In this document: piece after piece, positions 17,641 to 24,938 of the stretch
How positions within the stretch are numbered: position 1 is the first letter of the stretch
How the letters are laid out: every line of letters starts with the position of its first letter
Program-made: the position numbers and the translations under genes
Virus record (IMG/VR): IMGVR_UViG_3300012352_000054
Span: 1-24,938 of that record
From: a virus
Lineage: Duplodnaviria > Caudoviricetes
Reading direction: 5' to 3' (one strand)
Length of the DNA: 24,938 nt
Notes under the pieces: generated by a model
What the model saw: only the letters and a program-made list of their open reading frames with translations
Database searches by the model: none
What the model was told of the DNA's origin: nothing

Positions 17641-18753
17641 ATGATTACAAACAAGGGAAAAACAATTCTAGCCAAGTATCTGATTGGTCAGTCACCAGCA
17701 TACGCTTCGCACATCGCAGTTGGCTGTGGACCAAACCCAATCGACTCACAAGATGGAGCCTTCACTACCGAGCAGAAGGAAGCCTTTGCACAAAAGACAA
17801 GCCTAGACTTTGAGATGTTTAGAGTGCCAGTTATCTCTCGTGGATATGTGGTAGAAGATGGCGTGTCAAAGATTGTATTTACTGCAGAACTTCCAACAGA
17901 AGAGCGTTACGAGATTTCAGAGATCGGAGTGTACTCTGCTGGATCTAACCCAACAGCAAACACAACAGACAGCAAGGTTATGATTAAGTTTACAGAATCA
18001 GAAGGTTGGATGGACCACGGCACAGTTGTGCAAGCACTAGGAACCTCTGCTCTAGATGGAACAACCTTTATATCAAAAGCAAACAACCCAATTCTTTTGC
18101 AGACAGAAAGAGTTGCAAGATACGAACAGCCAAGATTCCTAAACAGCGTTATTGGTATTCGTGGAGACTACTCAGACCTATCTGAGACAAATGGAGTTAT
18201 TGATGCAACCACAACTGCAACTCCGCACATCCATCTAACAGGAACAAGTTTTGACATAACCAAGAATTCGCCATCAGACAAATTGTCTTTGGCTTTCAGC
18301 ATTGCTGATGGCATTGTTGGTCCAAATGTTGGTGAAGAGATTCAGAAGATTCTTATCCGTGTTGAGTTCCTAAGCCTGGAGGCTGACTCTGTTGCAAACA
18401 AAAATGCAACATTTGATATTGTTCTAGAGAACGACGTAGAGAACTCATTTGATACTGACAGGTATTTCGTGGTATCTAAGGAGATATCAGAAATCTATCA
18501 AGCACCAAACTTTGGATGGTCAGATGTATCAGTAGTTAGAGTGTTTGCAACCGTTATTAACTCAGATGATGAACCATCACCTAGATACTACGTTAATCTA
18601 GATGGACTAAGACTTGAGAACGTTTCTAGCGAAAACCCTCTATATGGGCTAGTAGGATATTCTGTTGTTAAGACTGACTATGCTAGAACTGTGATCAAAG
18701 AGCCAAACACCAAGAACTTCGTCGAGTTTAGATTTGCTATGGACGTGGTCTAA
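17641..18753 (+). CDS. Baseplate / tail-collar fibre-like minor tail protein
   Basis: N-terminus MITNKGKTILAKYL...IAVGCG...LDFEMFRVPV...FTAELP...ISEIGVY resembles the DUF3751 tail-collar fibre pattern (recognised by eye); SD AGGAG. Confidence 0.6.
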   Translation: MITNKGKTILAKYLIGQSPAYASHIAVGCGPNPIDSQDGAFTTEQKEAFAQKTSLDFEMFRVPVISRGYVVEDGVSKIVFTAELPTEERYEISEIGVYSAGSNPTANTTDSKVMIKFTESEGWMDHGTVVQALGTSALDGTTFISKANNPILLQTERVARYEQPRFLNSVIGIRGDYSDLSETNGVIDATTTATPHIHLTGTSFDITKNSPSDKLSLAFSIADGIVGPNVGEEIQKILIRVEFLSLEADSVANKNATFDIVLENDVENSFDTDRYFVVSKEISEIYQAPNFGWSDVSVVRVFATVINSDDEPSPRYYVNLDGLRLENVSSENPLYGLVGYSVVKTDYARTVIKEPNTKNFVEFRFAMDVV

Positions 18754-18917
18754 TGGCTGAGATAATTAAAAATATTCTAGTTCCAACAGAAGAACTTCCA
18801 CCATTGCAAGATGGAGAAACAAACTATATAGTTAGATATCGTATAGTTTCAGAGGACAGAAACAGATCTTCTGCCTGGTCACCAATCTTTGTTGTTCAGG
18901 ATACACAAGAGTCCTGA
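18753..18917 (+). CDS. Small hypothetical tail-module protein (54 aa), not in ORF track
   Basis: MAEIIKNILVPTEELPPLQDGETNYIVRYRIVSEDRNRSSAWSPIFVVQDTQES*; TAATG-coupled to the upstream gene and fills the gap up to the next promoter. Confidence 0.75.
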   Translation: MAEIIKNILVPTEELPPLQDGETNYIVRYRIVSEDRNRSSAWSPIFVVQDTQES

Positions 18918-18921
18918 CATC

Positions 18922-18939
18922 TGCTATAATAAGACTATG
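18922..18939 (+). promoter_or_regulatory. Extended -10 promoter, probable leaderless start
   Basis: TGcTATAAT (18922-18930) + AAGACT + ATG (18937); no SD. Confidence 0.75.
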
Positions 18940-19386
18940 GCAAAAATACCACTACCACAAACAGGACAACCGCTAGACGTATCTTACATCTATCAGTTGG
19001 CTAACGCTATTAATGATCTCGCTATCCAGGTTGTTCCAACAAACTACAAGTTTGTGACCATTGACACACCTGCACAGGGAAAGCAAAGTCTCAAGAACTC
19101 AGAAGTAAGAATGGTTGCAGCACACATCAATGTTGCAAACAACCGCTCTGTAAACTCTGGAAATGAGCAGGAGTTCTCTTACGAGTTCGATAGCGACTTC
19201 TCTGGAATTCCAATCGTAACCGCAACAGTGTTTAACTACGGAACGACTGATGTTGGAAACAGTGCGACGGTAGTAATTAAGAGAATCACCACTGGAAGAA
19301 TTGATGGAGTCGTTAGATTCGGAAGCAATGGAAACCTATCTGTTGGTGTAAACATTATTGCTGTCGGTATGCCTTCAAACGGTTGA
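18937..19386 (+). CDS. Short tail fibre/tip-like protein with beta-sandwich C-terminus (149 aa)
   Basis: Start moved to MAKIPLP; C-terminal FSYEFDSDFSGIPIVTAT...VNIIAVG pattern resembles fibre-tip (gp53-like/H-type lectin-like) domains; last gene of tail module. Confidence 0.55.
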   Translation: MAKIPLPQTGQPLDVSYIYQLANAINDLAIQVVPTNYKFVTIDTPAQGKQSLKNSEVRMVAAHINVANNRSVNSGNEQEFSYEFDSDFSGIPIVTATVFNYGTTDVGNSATVVIKRITTGRIDGVVRFGSNGNLSVGVNIIAVGMPSNG

Positions 19387-19390
19387 TACC

Positions 19391-19936
19391 ATGGCAAGTT
19401 CTAAAAAGGGTACAATCTCCGAAGAGGGATACAACGATGCCCCAGTCATTCAGGCAAGTAAAAATGTATGGTTCCTAAATGGAGATCTTGTAAGAACCCA
19501 CCACCTGAATCAGTCAAACGGAATCATGTCTGTTTACAATATCAACAAGGATCAGATTGAAAGTTGTCTTATTAGTGATTTTAAGAAGAACCGTCAACGA
19601 GCATACACAGTTGGTCAGACAGCAATTCTAGTTAATAGACACAAAAAGTATATGCCCTATTTGATGAAGCGTGGAGTAATCCCACACCCTACAGGCTCAC
19701 AGAAGGGCGGTGCCACAGGATGGCAGGTAAGAAGTTATTACTCTGAGTCCCAGGTACATGAAATTCGTGATATACTTGCTACCTACCACATGGGAAGACC
19801 TCGTAAAGATGGTCTGATCACCAATGCAGTAACTCCCACAAGACAGGAGTTGACAAGGCGTATGGGTGATGGTATACTTACATATACAAGGACCGAAGAT
19901 GGACGCTTTATACCCATCTGGTCTGAATCAATTTAA
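19391..19936 (+). CDS. MerR/excisionase-like HTH DNA-binding protein (181 aa)
   Basis: AYTVGQTAILVNRHKKYMPYLMKRGVIP...RSYYSESQVHEIRDIL fits a MerR-type winged HTH pattern; ATG 19391 is 4 nt after the upstream stop. Confidence 0.6.
   Translation: MASSKKGTISEEGYNDAPVIQASKNVWFLNGDLVRTHHLNQSNGIMSVYNINKDQIESCLISDFKKNRQRAYTVGQTAILVNRHKKYMPYLMKRGVIPHPTGSQKGGATGWQVRSYYSESQVHEIRDILATYHMGRPRKDGLITNAVTPTRQELTRRMGDGILTYTRTEDGRFIPIWSESI
19850..19878 (+). promoter_or_regulatory. Near-consensus sigma70/SigA promoter inside HTH gene, upstream of replication genes
   Basis: TTGACA (19850-19855), 17-bp spacer, TATACT (19873-19878) with extended TG. Confidence 0.8.
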
Positions 19937-19958
19937 TTGTTCTTGAAAGGAACAGGGT

Positions 19959-20168
19959 ATGAATAACGAAGACACTAAGGTAACTATTGGGCTTGGCTAT
20001 ACGCTAAACCTAGGCAACTTCCAGTCACTGCGAATTGACCTATCTGTTACAGACAACAAGCGTGAGGGCGAAAATACTAATGACGCTTTCGAACGTGTGT
20101 ATTCTTTTGTAGAGGCTAAACTCCAAGAGAAGGTTGCAGAAGCCCAAGGCGAGATCGAAGGCAAGTAA
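19959..20168 (+). CDS. Hypothetical protein (69 aa)
   Basis: SD AAAGGA, TAATG-coupled to next gene; beta-hairpin (VTIGLGYTLNLGNFQSLRIDL) plus helix. Confidence 0.75.
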   Translation: MNNEDTKVTIGLGYTLNLGNFQSLRIDLSVTDNKREGENTNDAFERVYSFVEAKLQEKVAEAQGEIEGK

Positions 20169-20476
20169 TGGCTGACCGCAAAGACCGAATGGCTTTGCTC
20201 AGTCGCTATGCTAAGTTACACACCAAGCACTACGAGGAAAAAGCCACACTTAATTTAAATGTCGAGCAGTGGGCTGCCGATGCACTTATCGAATCCTACA
20301 CTTTACCTTTCTGCTACGATCTGCTAGAATATTATTTCAGCGTTGCACAAAAACCAGCATGGAAGTATTTTGCTAACTATGCTCACGATATAATCGACAA
20401 GCGTAACCAACTAGACCAAGACAACAAGGAGAGAGCCGAACGCCGTAGACTGGCTAAGGAGTGGCTAAATGAGTAA
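20168..20476 (+). CDS. Hypothetical protein (102 aa), possible helicase accessory/loader
   Basis: Helical aromatic-rich ORF overlapping the DnaB start by 8 nt; function is positional inference only. Confidence 0.65.
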   Translation: MADRKDRMALLSRYAKLHTKHYEEKATLNLNVEQWAADALIESYTLPFCYDLLEYYFSVAQKPAWKYFANYAHDIIDKRNQLDQDNKERAERRRLAKEWLNE

Positions 20477-21689
20477 TATAGAGGCTAAACTAATTTCAGC
20501 GGTACTGCAGGATAAGCAGGTACACGTATTGCTACAAGCGAACGTAGAGAACATCCTCCGTACGCACAAAGACATCTGGCAGTTTATCAGAAACTATTCT
20601 GAGACTAATCAGTCAGTGCCACCAGTATCTCTGGTTGTAGAAAAGTTCCGTGACTTCACTCCTATGGAGGGCGTTGGTGCTACCAAGTATCACCTAGAAG
20701 AACTACAGGGAGAGTTTCTAAATGACAGCGTTAAGGAACTCCTTAGAACTGCTGCTGCAGACGTACAGGCTGGACACAGTGCAGATGCCTTAGAGACAAT
20801 CATTGCCAAGACCTCAGAACTCAAGAAGAATACCGCAGTCATTCGTGACATTGATGCAACAGATCTTGACTCAGCCGTAGCATACTTTGAGAACCTTGCA
20901 CGACAGCAGGCACTTGGCTCTATCGGTATCAAGACTGGTTTGCCAGGTTTTGACAACTACCTACCTGCTGGTATTACTCCAGGACAGTTGGGTGTCTTCC
21001 TAGCCTACCCAGGTATCGGCAAGTCTTGGTTTGCCCTTTATATGGCGGTACAGGCATGGAAGCAAGGCAAGTCACCACTAATCATCTCTCTTGAAATGAG
21101 TGAGACAGAAGTTCGTAACCGTGTATTCGCAATCATGGGTGAGGGTCTTTGGTCACACCGTAAACTTTCTAACGGTCAGGTAGAGATTGACGACCTTAAG
21201 CGTTGGCACTCAAAGGAACTTGCTGGCAAGCCAGAGTTCCACATCATCTCAAACGACTCAGGTGGAGAAGTAACGCCAAGCGTTATTAGAGGCAAGATCG
21301 ATCAGTACAAGCCAGACCTAGTTATCGTAGACTACCTACAGTTGATGTCACCTAACCAGAAGTCAGACAACGAGACGGTACGTATGAAGAACCTTTCTCG
21401 TGAACTAAAACTTATGGCTATTAGCGAAGAGATGCCTATCATTGCTATCTCATCTGCTACTCCAGATGATGTTACCAAACTAGATACTGTTCCTACTCTA
21501 GGTCAGACCGCATGGTCACGACAGATTGCGTACGATGCTGACTGGGTACTTGCTCTAGGACGTGGAACAAACTCAGACATTCTTGAGTGTGTGTTCCGTA
21601 AGAACCGTAACGGATTTATGGGTGAGTTCTTGGTCCAGGTAGACTTCGACAAGGGCTGGTACAAGTACAAAGACTTTGAGGATAAGTAA
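20469..21689 (+). CDS. dnaB: Replicative DnaB-like (SF4) helicase
   Basis: Walker A AYPGIGKS, ISLEMS, Walker B VIVDYLQLM, SRELKLMA, IAYDAD, KNRNG. Confidence 0.95.
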   Translation: MSNIEAKLISAVLQDKQVHVLLQANVENILRTHKDIWQFIRNYSETNQSVPPVSLVVEKFRDFTPMEGVGATKYHLEELQGEFLNDSVKELLRTAAADVQAGHSADALETIIAKTSELKKNTAVIRDIDATDLDSAVAYFENLARQQALGSIGIKTGLPGFDNYLPAGITPGQLGVFLAYPGIGKSWFALYMAVQAWKQGKSPLIISLEMSETEVRNRVFAIMGEGLWSHRKLSNGQVEIDDLKRWHSKELAGKPEFHIISNDSGGEVTPSVIRGKIDQYKPDLVIVDYLQLMSPNQKSDNETVRMKNLSRELKLMAISEEMPIIAISSATPDDVTKLDTVPTLGQTAWSRQIAYDADWVLALGRGTNSDILECVFRKNRNGFMGEFLVQVDFDKGWYKYKDFEDK

Positions 21690-21696
21690 AACAAAT

Positions 21697-21713
21697 TGCT
21701 ATAATAGACTATG
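21697..21713 (+). promoter_or_regulatory. Extended -10 promoter, probable leaderless start
   Basis: TGcTATAAT (21697-21705) + AGACT + ATG (21711); no SD; weak possible -35 TTGAGG at 21676-21681 (18-bp spacer). Confidence 0.75.
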
Positions 21714-22055
21714 GTTAATTCACACCACAAGTCTATTAAAAGATTCTTTCTGAATGGAGAGATCCATGACGATTCAGCAATTCCTAGATTGAGACTAGAG
21801 TATACTAGACTACTTAGGCAACAAATGAAAGAATCTGGGTATGCTGAAAGACTTGACATTGACCCAGACTTTACAATAAAATATAATAAGAAGACAGAAA
21901 CGTTTACCTTTAAGATATCGATATATGGAACATACCTAGGAAAGAAGAAGATTGAATGCGTAGTGGGAATAGACGGCACACAGGTGATTTATACACAGCC
22001 GAACAAATTAGAAGAATCCTCGTTGGATCAGGAATCGAGATCGAGTCAGAAGTAG
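21711..22055 (+). CDS. Hypothetical protein (114 aa) between helicase and primase
   Basis: Fills the helicase-primase gap, has own promoter; last 100 nt overlap the primase ORF. Confidence 0.7.
   Translation: MVNSHHKSIKRFFLNGEIHDDSAIPRLRLEYTRLLRQQMKESGYAERLDIDPDFTIKYNKKTETFTFKISIYGTYLGKKKIECVVGIDGTQVIYTQPNKLEESSLDQESRSSQK
21859..21887 (+). promoter_or_regulatory. sigma70/SigA-type promoter upstream of primase
   Basis: TTGACC (21859-21864), 17 bp, TATAAT (21882-21887), inside the 114-aa ORF. Confidence 0.6.
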
Positions 22056-22900
22056 ATTCTGACTACATCATCTTCTGCCCATACCACAACAACTTCCGTT
22101 CGCCTGCTGGAGAAATCGATAAGGTAAATGGAACATTCTTTTGCTTCTCTTGCCAGAAGATTGCAGACCTAACTGAGTTTATTATGCACACCTCTGGGAG
22201 AACATATTTCGAGTCTGTCAGATACATAAAGTCTAAAGAAACCGAAACAGACATCGAGCAGATTGTAAACAAGGCTCTGTTCGTTAAGCCAGAGTATACA
22301 CAGTATGACCAGGTTATCATCAAGCGTCTCAACCAGCAGGCAGTGGATTCACCACGTGCTATGCGTTACTATTCTGGAAGACTGATTACGGAAGAGTCTG
22401 TTAAGAAGTTTTCTCTAGGCTTCTCTGAGAAGCAAGATATGGTAACTATTCCAGTACACTCACCAGACGGCATGGAGGTTGGCTTTGTTGGTCGCTCCAT
22501 TGAGGGCAAAGATTTTAAGAATACTCCAGGGCTGCCAAAGAGCAAAGTCCTATTCAACCTACACCGTGTGAAGACCGCAGGAAAGGTTTATGTGGTAGAA
22601 TCATCTTTCGATGCTATTCGCTTAGACCAGTGCGGTTTCCCAGCGGTAGCGACATTGGGTGCAAACGTATCCAATATACAAACAGACCTACTCAAGAAAT
22701 ACTTCAATAACATCATAGTTATTGCAGACAATGATGAAGCAGGCGGTAACATGAAGACCAAGATCGTAGAGAGATTGGGTGCTCGTGTTACTGTTATCAA
22801 ATTAGATAAACAATATAAGGATATTGGCGATATGTCAGACGAAGATATCAAGAATCTTGATGAATCATTTGACAAGTCTATCGCTGCTATGCTACAATGA
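21956..22900 (+). CDS. dnaG: DnaG-type DNA primase
   Basis: CHC2 zinc finger (CPYH...FFCFSC), TIPV...GFVGR, LFNL, TOPRIM VVESSFD, ATLG, IADNDEAG, KDIGD. Exact start uncertain. Confidence 0.92.
   Translation: MRSGNRRHTGDLYTAEQIRRILVGSGIEIESEVDSDYIIFCPYHNNFRSPAGEIDKVNGTFFCFSCQKIADLTEFIMHTSGRTYFESVRYIKSKETETDIEQIVNKALFVKPEYTQYDQVIIKRLNQQAVDSPRAMRYYSGRLITEESVKKFSLGFSEKQDMVTIPVHSPDGMEVGFVGRSIEGKDFKNTPGLPKSKVLFNLHRVKTAGKVYVVESSFDAIRLDQCGFPAVATLGANVSNIQTDLLKKYFNNIIVIADNDEAGGNMKTKIVERLGARVTVIKLDKQYKDIGDMSDEDIKNLDESFDKSIAAMLQ
22869..22898 (+). promoter_or_regulatory. sigma70/SigA-type promoter in primase 3' end, upstream of SSB
   Basis: TTGACA (22869-22874), 18 bp, TACAAT (22893-22898) with extended TG; SD AAGGAG follows before ATG 22928. 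Confidence 0.7.
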
Positions 22901-22927
22901 TACACCAAGATAAATTAAGGAGAAAAA

Positions 22928-23584
22928 ATGAGCGTTATTAAAGGGCTAAAGAATATCAATGCAATTATGGATAAGCCAAAAATCGAAAACAATGGTCAGA
23001 AGGTTCGTTGGGTCAAGTTGGCTGACGGACAGGGAGCAAAGATCCGTTTCGTTGAGGAACTGGATGAAGACAGTGCAACTTATGCAGAAGCACGTGGTCT
23101 TGCAGTAGTAATCTCAGAGCACCAGAACCCAAAGGACTACAAGCGTAAGGCTGCTTGTACTCAGGACACAGAGGGTCGCTGCTACGGCTGTGAGATGGCT
23201 CGTAAGGAGCCAAAGGCTGGTTGGAGAGCACGTATGCGTTTCTACTGCAACGTGCTAGTTGACGATGGCACCGAAGACCCATACATTGCTGTGTGGTCGC
23301 AGGGTATCAGCAAGCAGTCTGCATTCAACACTATTCGTGAGTATGCACTAGAGACTGGATCTATCTCAAACCTAACTTGGAAGATCAAGCGTAATGGTCA
23401 GGGAACTGAAACCAACTACACCTTGATTCCAACTGGTCCAGACTCAGAACCATTCAACTGGGGATCTTACGAGTTCTTCAACCTTGAGAAGGTTGTTCGT
23501 GAGGTAACATACGCAGAGCAGGAAGATTTCTACTTCGGCTTTGAGTCAGGTTCATCAGTCACCTCTTCAAACATCGACTGGTAA
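22928..23584 (+). CDS. Single-stranded DNA-binding protein, T4 gp32-like
   Basis: KLADGQ..KIRF, His/Cys cluster (H...C-x7-C-x2-C), RFYCNVLV, KIKRNGQGTETNY, acidic/aromatic tail ending SNIDW; located between primase and polymerase. Confidence 0.75.
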   Translation: MSVIKGLKNINAIMDKPKIENNGQKVRWVKLADGQGAKIRFVEELDEDSATYAEARGLAVVISEHQNPKDYKRKAACTQDTEGRCYGCEMARKEPKAGWRARMRFYCNVLVDDGTEDPYIAVWSQGISKQSAFNTIREYALETGSISNLTWKIKRNGQGTETNYTLIPTGPDSEPFNWGSYEFFNLEKVVREVTYAEQEDFYFGFESGSSVTSSNIDW

Positions 23585-23596
23585 TTAATTAAGACT

Positions 23597-23626
23597 GGTG
23601 GGGGCGAAAGCCCCCATCTTTCTTTC
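23597..23626 (+). terminator. Rho-independent terminator after SSB
   Basis: GGTGGGGGC-GAAA-GCCCCCATC stem with GNRA loop, followed by TTTCTTTC. Confidence 0.9.
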
Positions 23627-23632
23627 TAGGTA

Positions 23633-23661
23633 TTGACAACCTCTCTAAAATATGTCATAAT
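23633..23661 (+). promoter_or_regulatory. sigma70/SigA-type promoter for dnaE
   Basis: TTGACA (23633-23638), 17 bp, CATAAT (23656-23661) with extended TG; SD AAGGA before ATG 23699. Confidence 0.8.
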
Positions 23662-23698
23662 TTTAAAACATCATTCAAACAAATAAAGGAAACTATAT

Positions 23699-24938
23699 AT
23701 GAGTTACGCTGGACTTCACGTTCACACTCACTACTCGCTTTTCGATGGTATTGCGACACCACAGGAATATGTGGACAGGGCTGTAGCACTTGGTATGCCA
23801 GCCATTGCCATCACAGACCACGGTTCGCTATCTGGGCACCGTGAGATGTACCGTGCTGCAAAGACTGCAGGCATCAAACCTATTCTTGGAATCGAGGGGT
23901 ACATTGCAAATGACCGCTTCGATCACGAAGACAAGAAGGAAAAGAATGACCCTCTAGACCTTAACTACAACCACTTGATTATTCTTGCTAAGAATGCCAA
24001 GGGGCTAGAGAACCTTAACAAACTTAATGAACTTGCCTGGACAGAGGGTTTCTACAAGAAGCCTCGTATGGACTGGAAGATTCTAGAGCAGTACAAAGAG
24101 GGACTAATCATCACTTCTGGCTGCCTATCTGGCTACCTAGCCAAAGCAATTGAGTCAGACAACCTGGCTGCTGCCAAAACCCACCTTCAGTGGGCACAGG
24201 AGACGTTTGGAGACGATTACTACATAGAAGTAATGCCACACAACCCTAAAGAAATTAATGACGTTATTTTGGCTCTGGCGGACGAATTCGGTATTAAGCC
24301 AATCGTAACTCCAGACTGCCACCACTCTGACCCAAGCCAGAAAGAGATCCAGGAACTTAAACTAATCCTAAACTCATATTCAAATAAGGCTGAAAAGGGT
24401 GCTACTTACGAAGGCTCTACCAAGTACGAGAACTTGATGGACAAACTAGATTACCTGTATGGTGCAGACCGTCAGATGTCATTTAACAAGTTTGAGATTC
24501 ACCTACTTTCTGATGAAGAGATGCACAACGCCATGGGTGCCCAGGGTATCACTCGTCAAGACATGTATGACAACACTGTTGAAATTGTTAACAAGATTGA
24601 AGACTATGACATCCAAGACCACCTAGACCTTTTGCCTGTGCAGTATCAGAATCCAAACGAGGAACTGTATACTTTGGCACTAGAGGGGCTTCGTGAAAAG
24701 GGTCTAGACACAAAGCAGGAATACCTAGACCGTCTAGATGAAGAACTCGAAATTATTAAGGACAAGAACTTTGGTCCATACTTCCTAGTCGTACGCTCTA
24801 TGATTGCGTGGGCTAAGAAAGAAGACATCATGGTTGGTCCTGGTCGTGGTTCTGCAGCAGGTTCGCTGCTTTGCTACGCTCTTGGCATTACAGACATTGA
24901 TCCAATTGAGCATGGTCTGCTGTTCTTCCGATTCATTA
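23699..24938 (+). CDS. dnaE: DNA polymerase III alpha subunit (family C), 3'-truncated by window; not in ORF track
   Basis: Hand-translated open frame to the window end: MSYAGLHVHTHYSLFDG...AITDHG...IKPILGIE...HLIILAKN...FYKKPR...TSGCL...TPDCH...GPGRGSAAGSLLCYALGITDIDP. Confidence 0.97.
   Translation, partial: MSYAGLHVHTHYSLFDGIATPQEYVDRAVALGMPAIAITDHGSLSGHREMYRAAKTAGIKPILGIEGYIANDRFDHEDKKEKNDPLDLNYNHLIILAKNAKGLENLNKLNELAWTEGFYKKPRMDWKILEQYKEGLIITSGCLSGYLAKAIESDNLAAAKTHLQWAQETFGDDYYIEVMPHNPKEINDVILALADEFGIKPIVTPDCHHSDPSQKEIQELKLILNSYSNKAEKGATYEGSTKYENLMDKLDYLYGADRQMSFNKFEIHLLSDEEMHNAMGAQGITRQDMYDNTVEIVNKIEDYDIQDHLDLLPVQYQNPNEELYTLALEGLREKGLDTKQEYLDRLDEELEIIKDKNFGPYFLVVRSMIAWAKKEDIMVGPGRGSAAGSLLCYALGITDIDPIEHGLLFFRFI

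Noticed and set aside
1204-24831. All minus-strand ORFs and short alternate-frame plus ORFs in the track (e.g. 8268..9101, 3099..3644, 1929..2456, 1821..2045, 24646..24831)
   Set aside because: They lie inside well-supported + strand genes, have Ser/Phe/Leu-rich antisense-shadow composition and no motifs or start signals.
20469-24938. Inteins or introns in DnaB, primase or DnaE
   Set aside because: Motifs are colinear with normal spacing and no splice or homing endonuclease motifs were seen; the rest of dnaE is outside the window.
1-24938. Stop-codon reassignment, tRNA/rRNA genes, integrase, transposase, lysis genes
   Set aside because: Standard code gives near-complete coding density with TAA, TAG and TGA all used as stops; intergenic gaps are short and explained by promoters/terminators; no such motifs recognised.

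Overview
A 24.9-kb slice of a tailed dsDNA phage genome (siphovirus-type layout), densely coding and entirely on the + strand. 1-19.4 kb is the tail module: partial neck/tail-completion gene, tail terminator-like gene, major tail protein, two paralogous tail-assembly-chaperone-like genes, a 2993-aa tape measure protein, Dit-like and 1540-aa tail-tip proteins and smaller minor tail proteins. 19.4-24.9 kb is a replication module: HTH regulator, two small hypotheticals, DnaB helicase, a hypothetical, DnaG primase, gp32-like SSB and the 5' part of a DnaE (Pol III alpha) gene missing from the ORF track. Most notable: (1) the chaperone pair appears to be a gene duplication (fused G+T-like gene plus a separate G-like paralog, each with its own promoter) in place of the usual programmed frameshift; (2) apparent total absence of AGCT and probably GGCC/CCGG/GCGC/CGCG; (3) two promoter classes, including a repeated leaderless TGnTAnAAT-(A)AGACT-ATGG signal, which hints at an actinobacterial host (inference). 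All product calls come from motif recognition and gene order; no database search was run.
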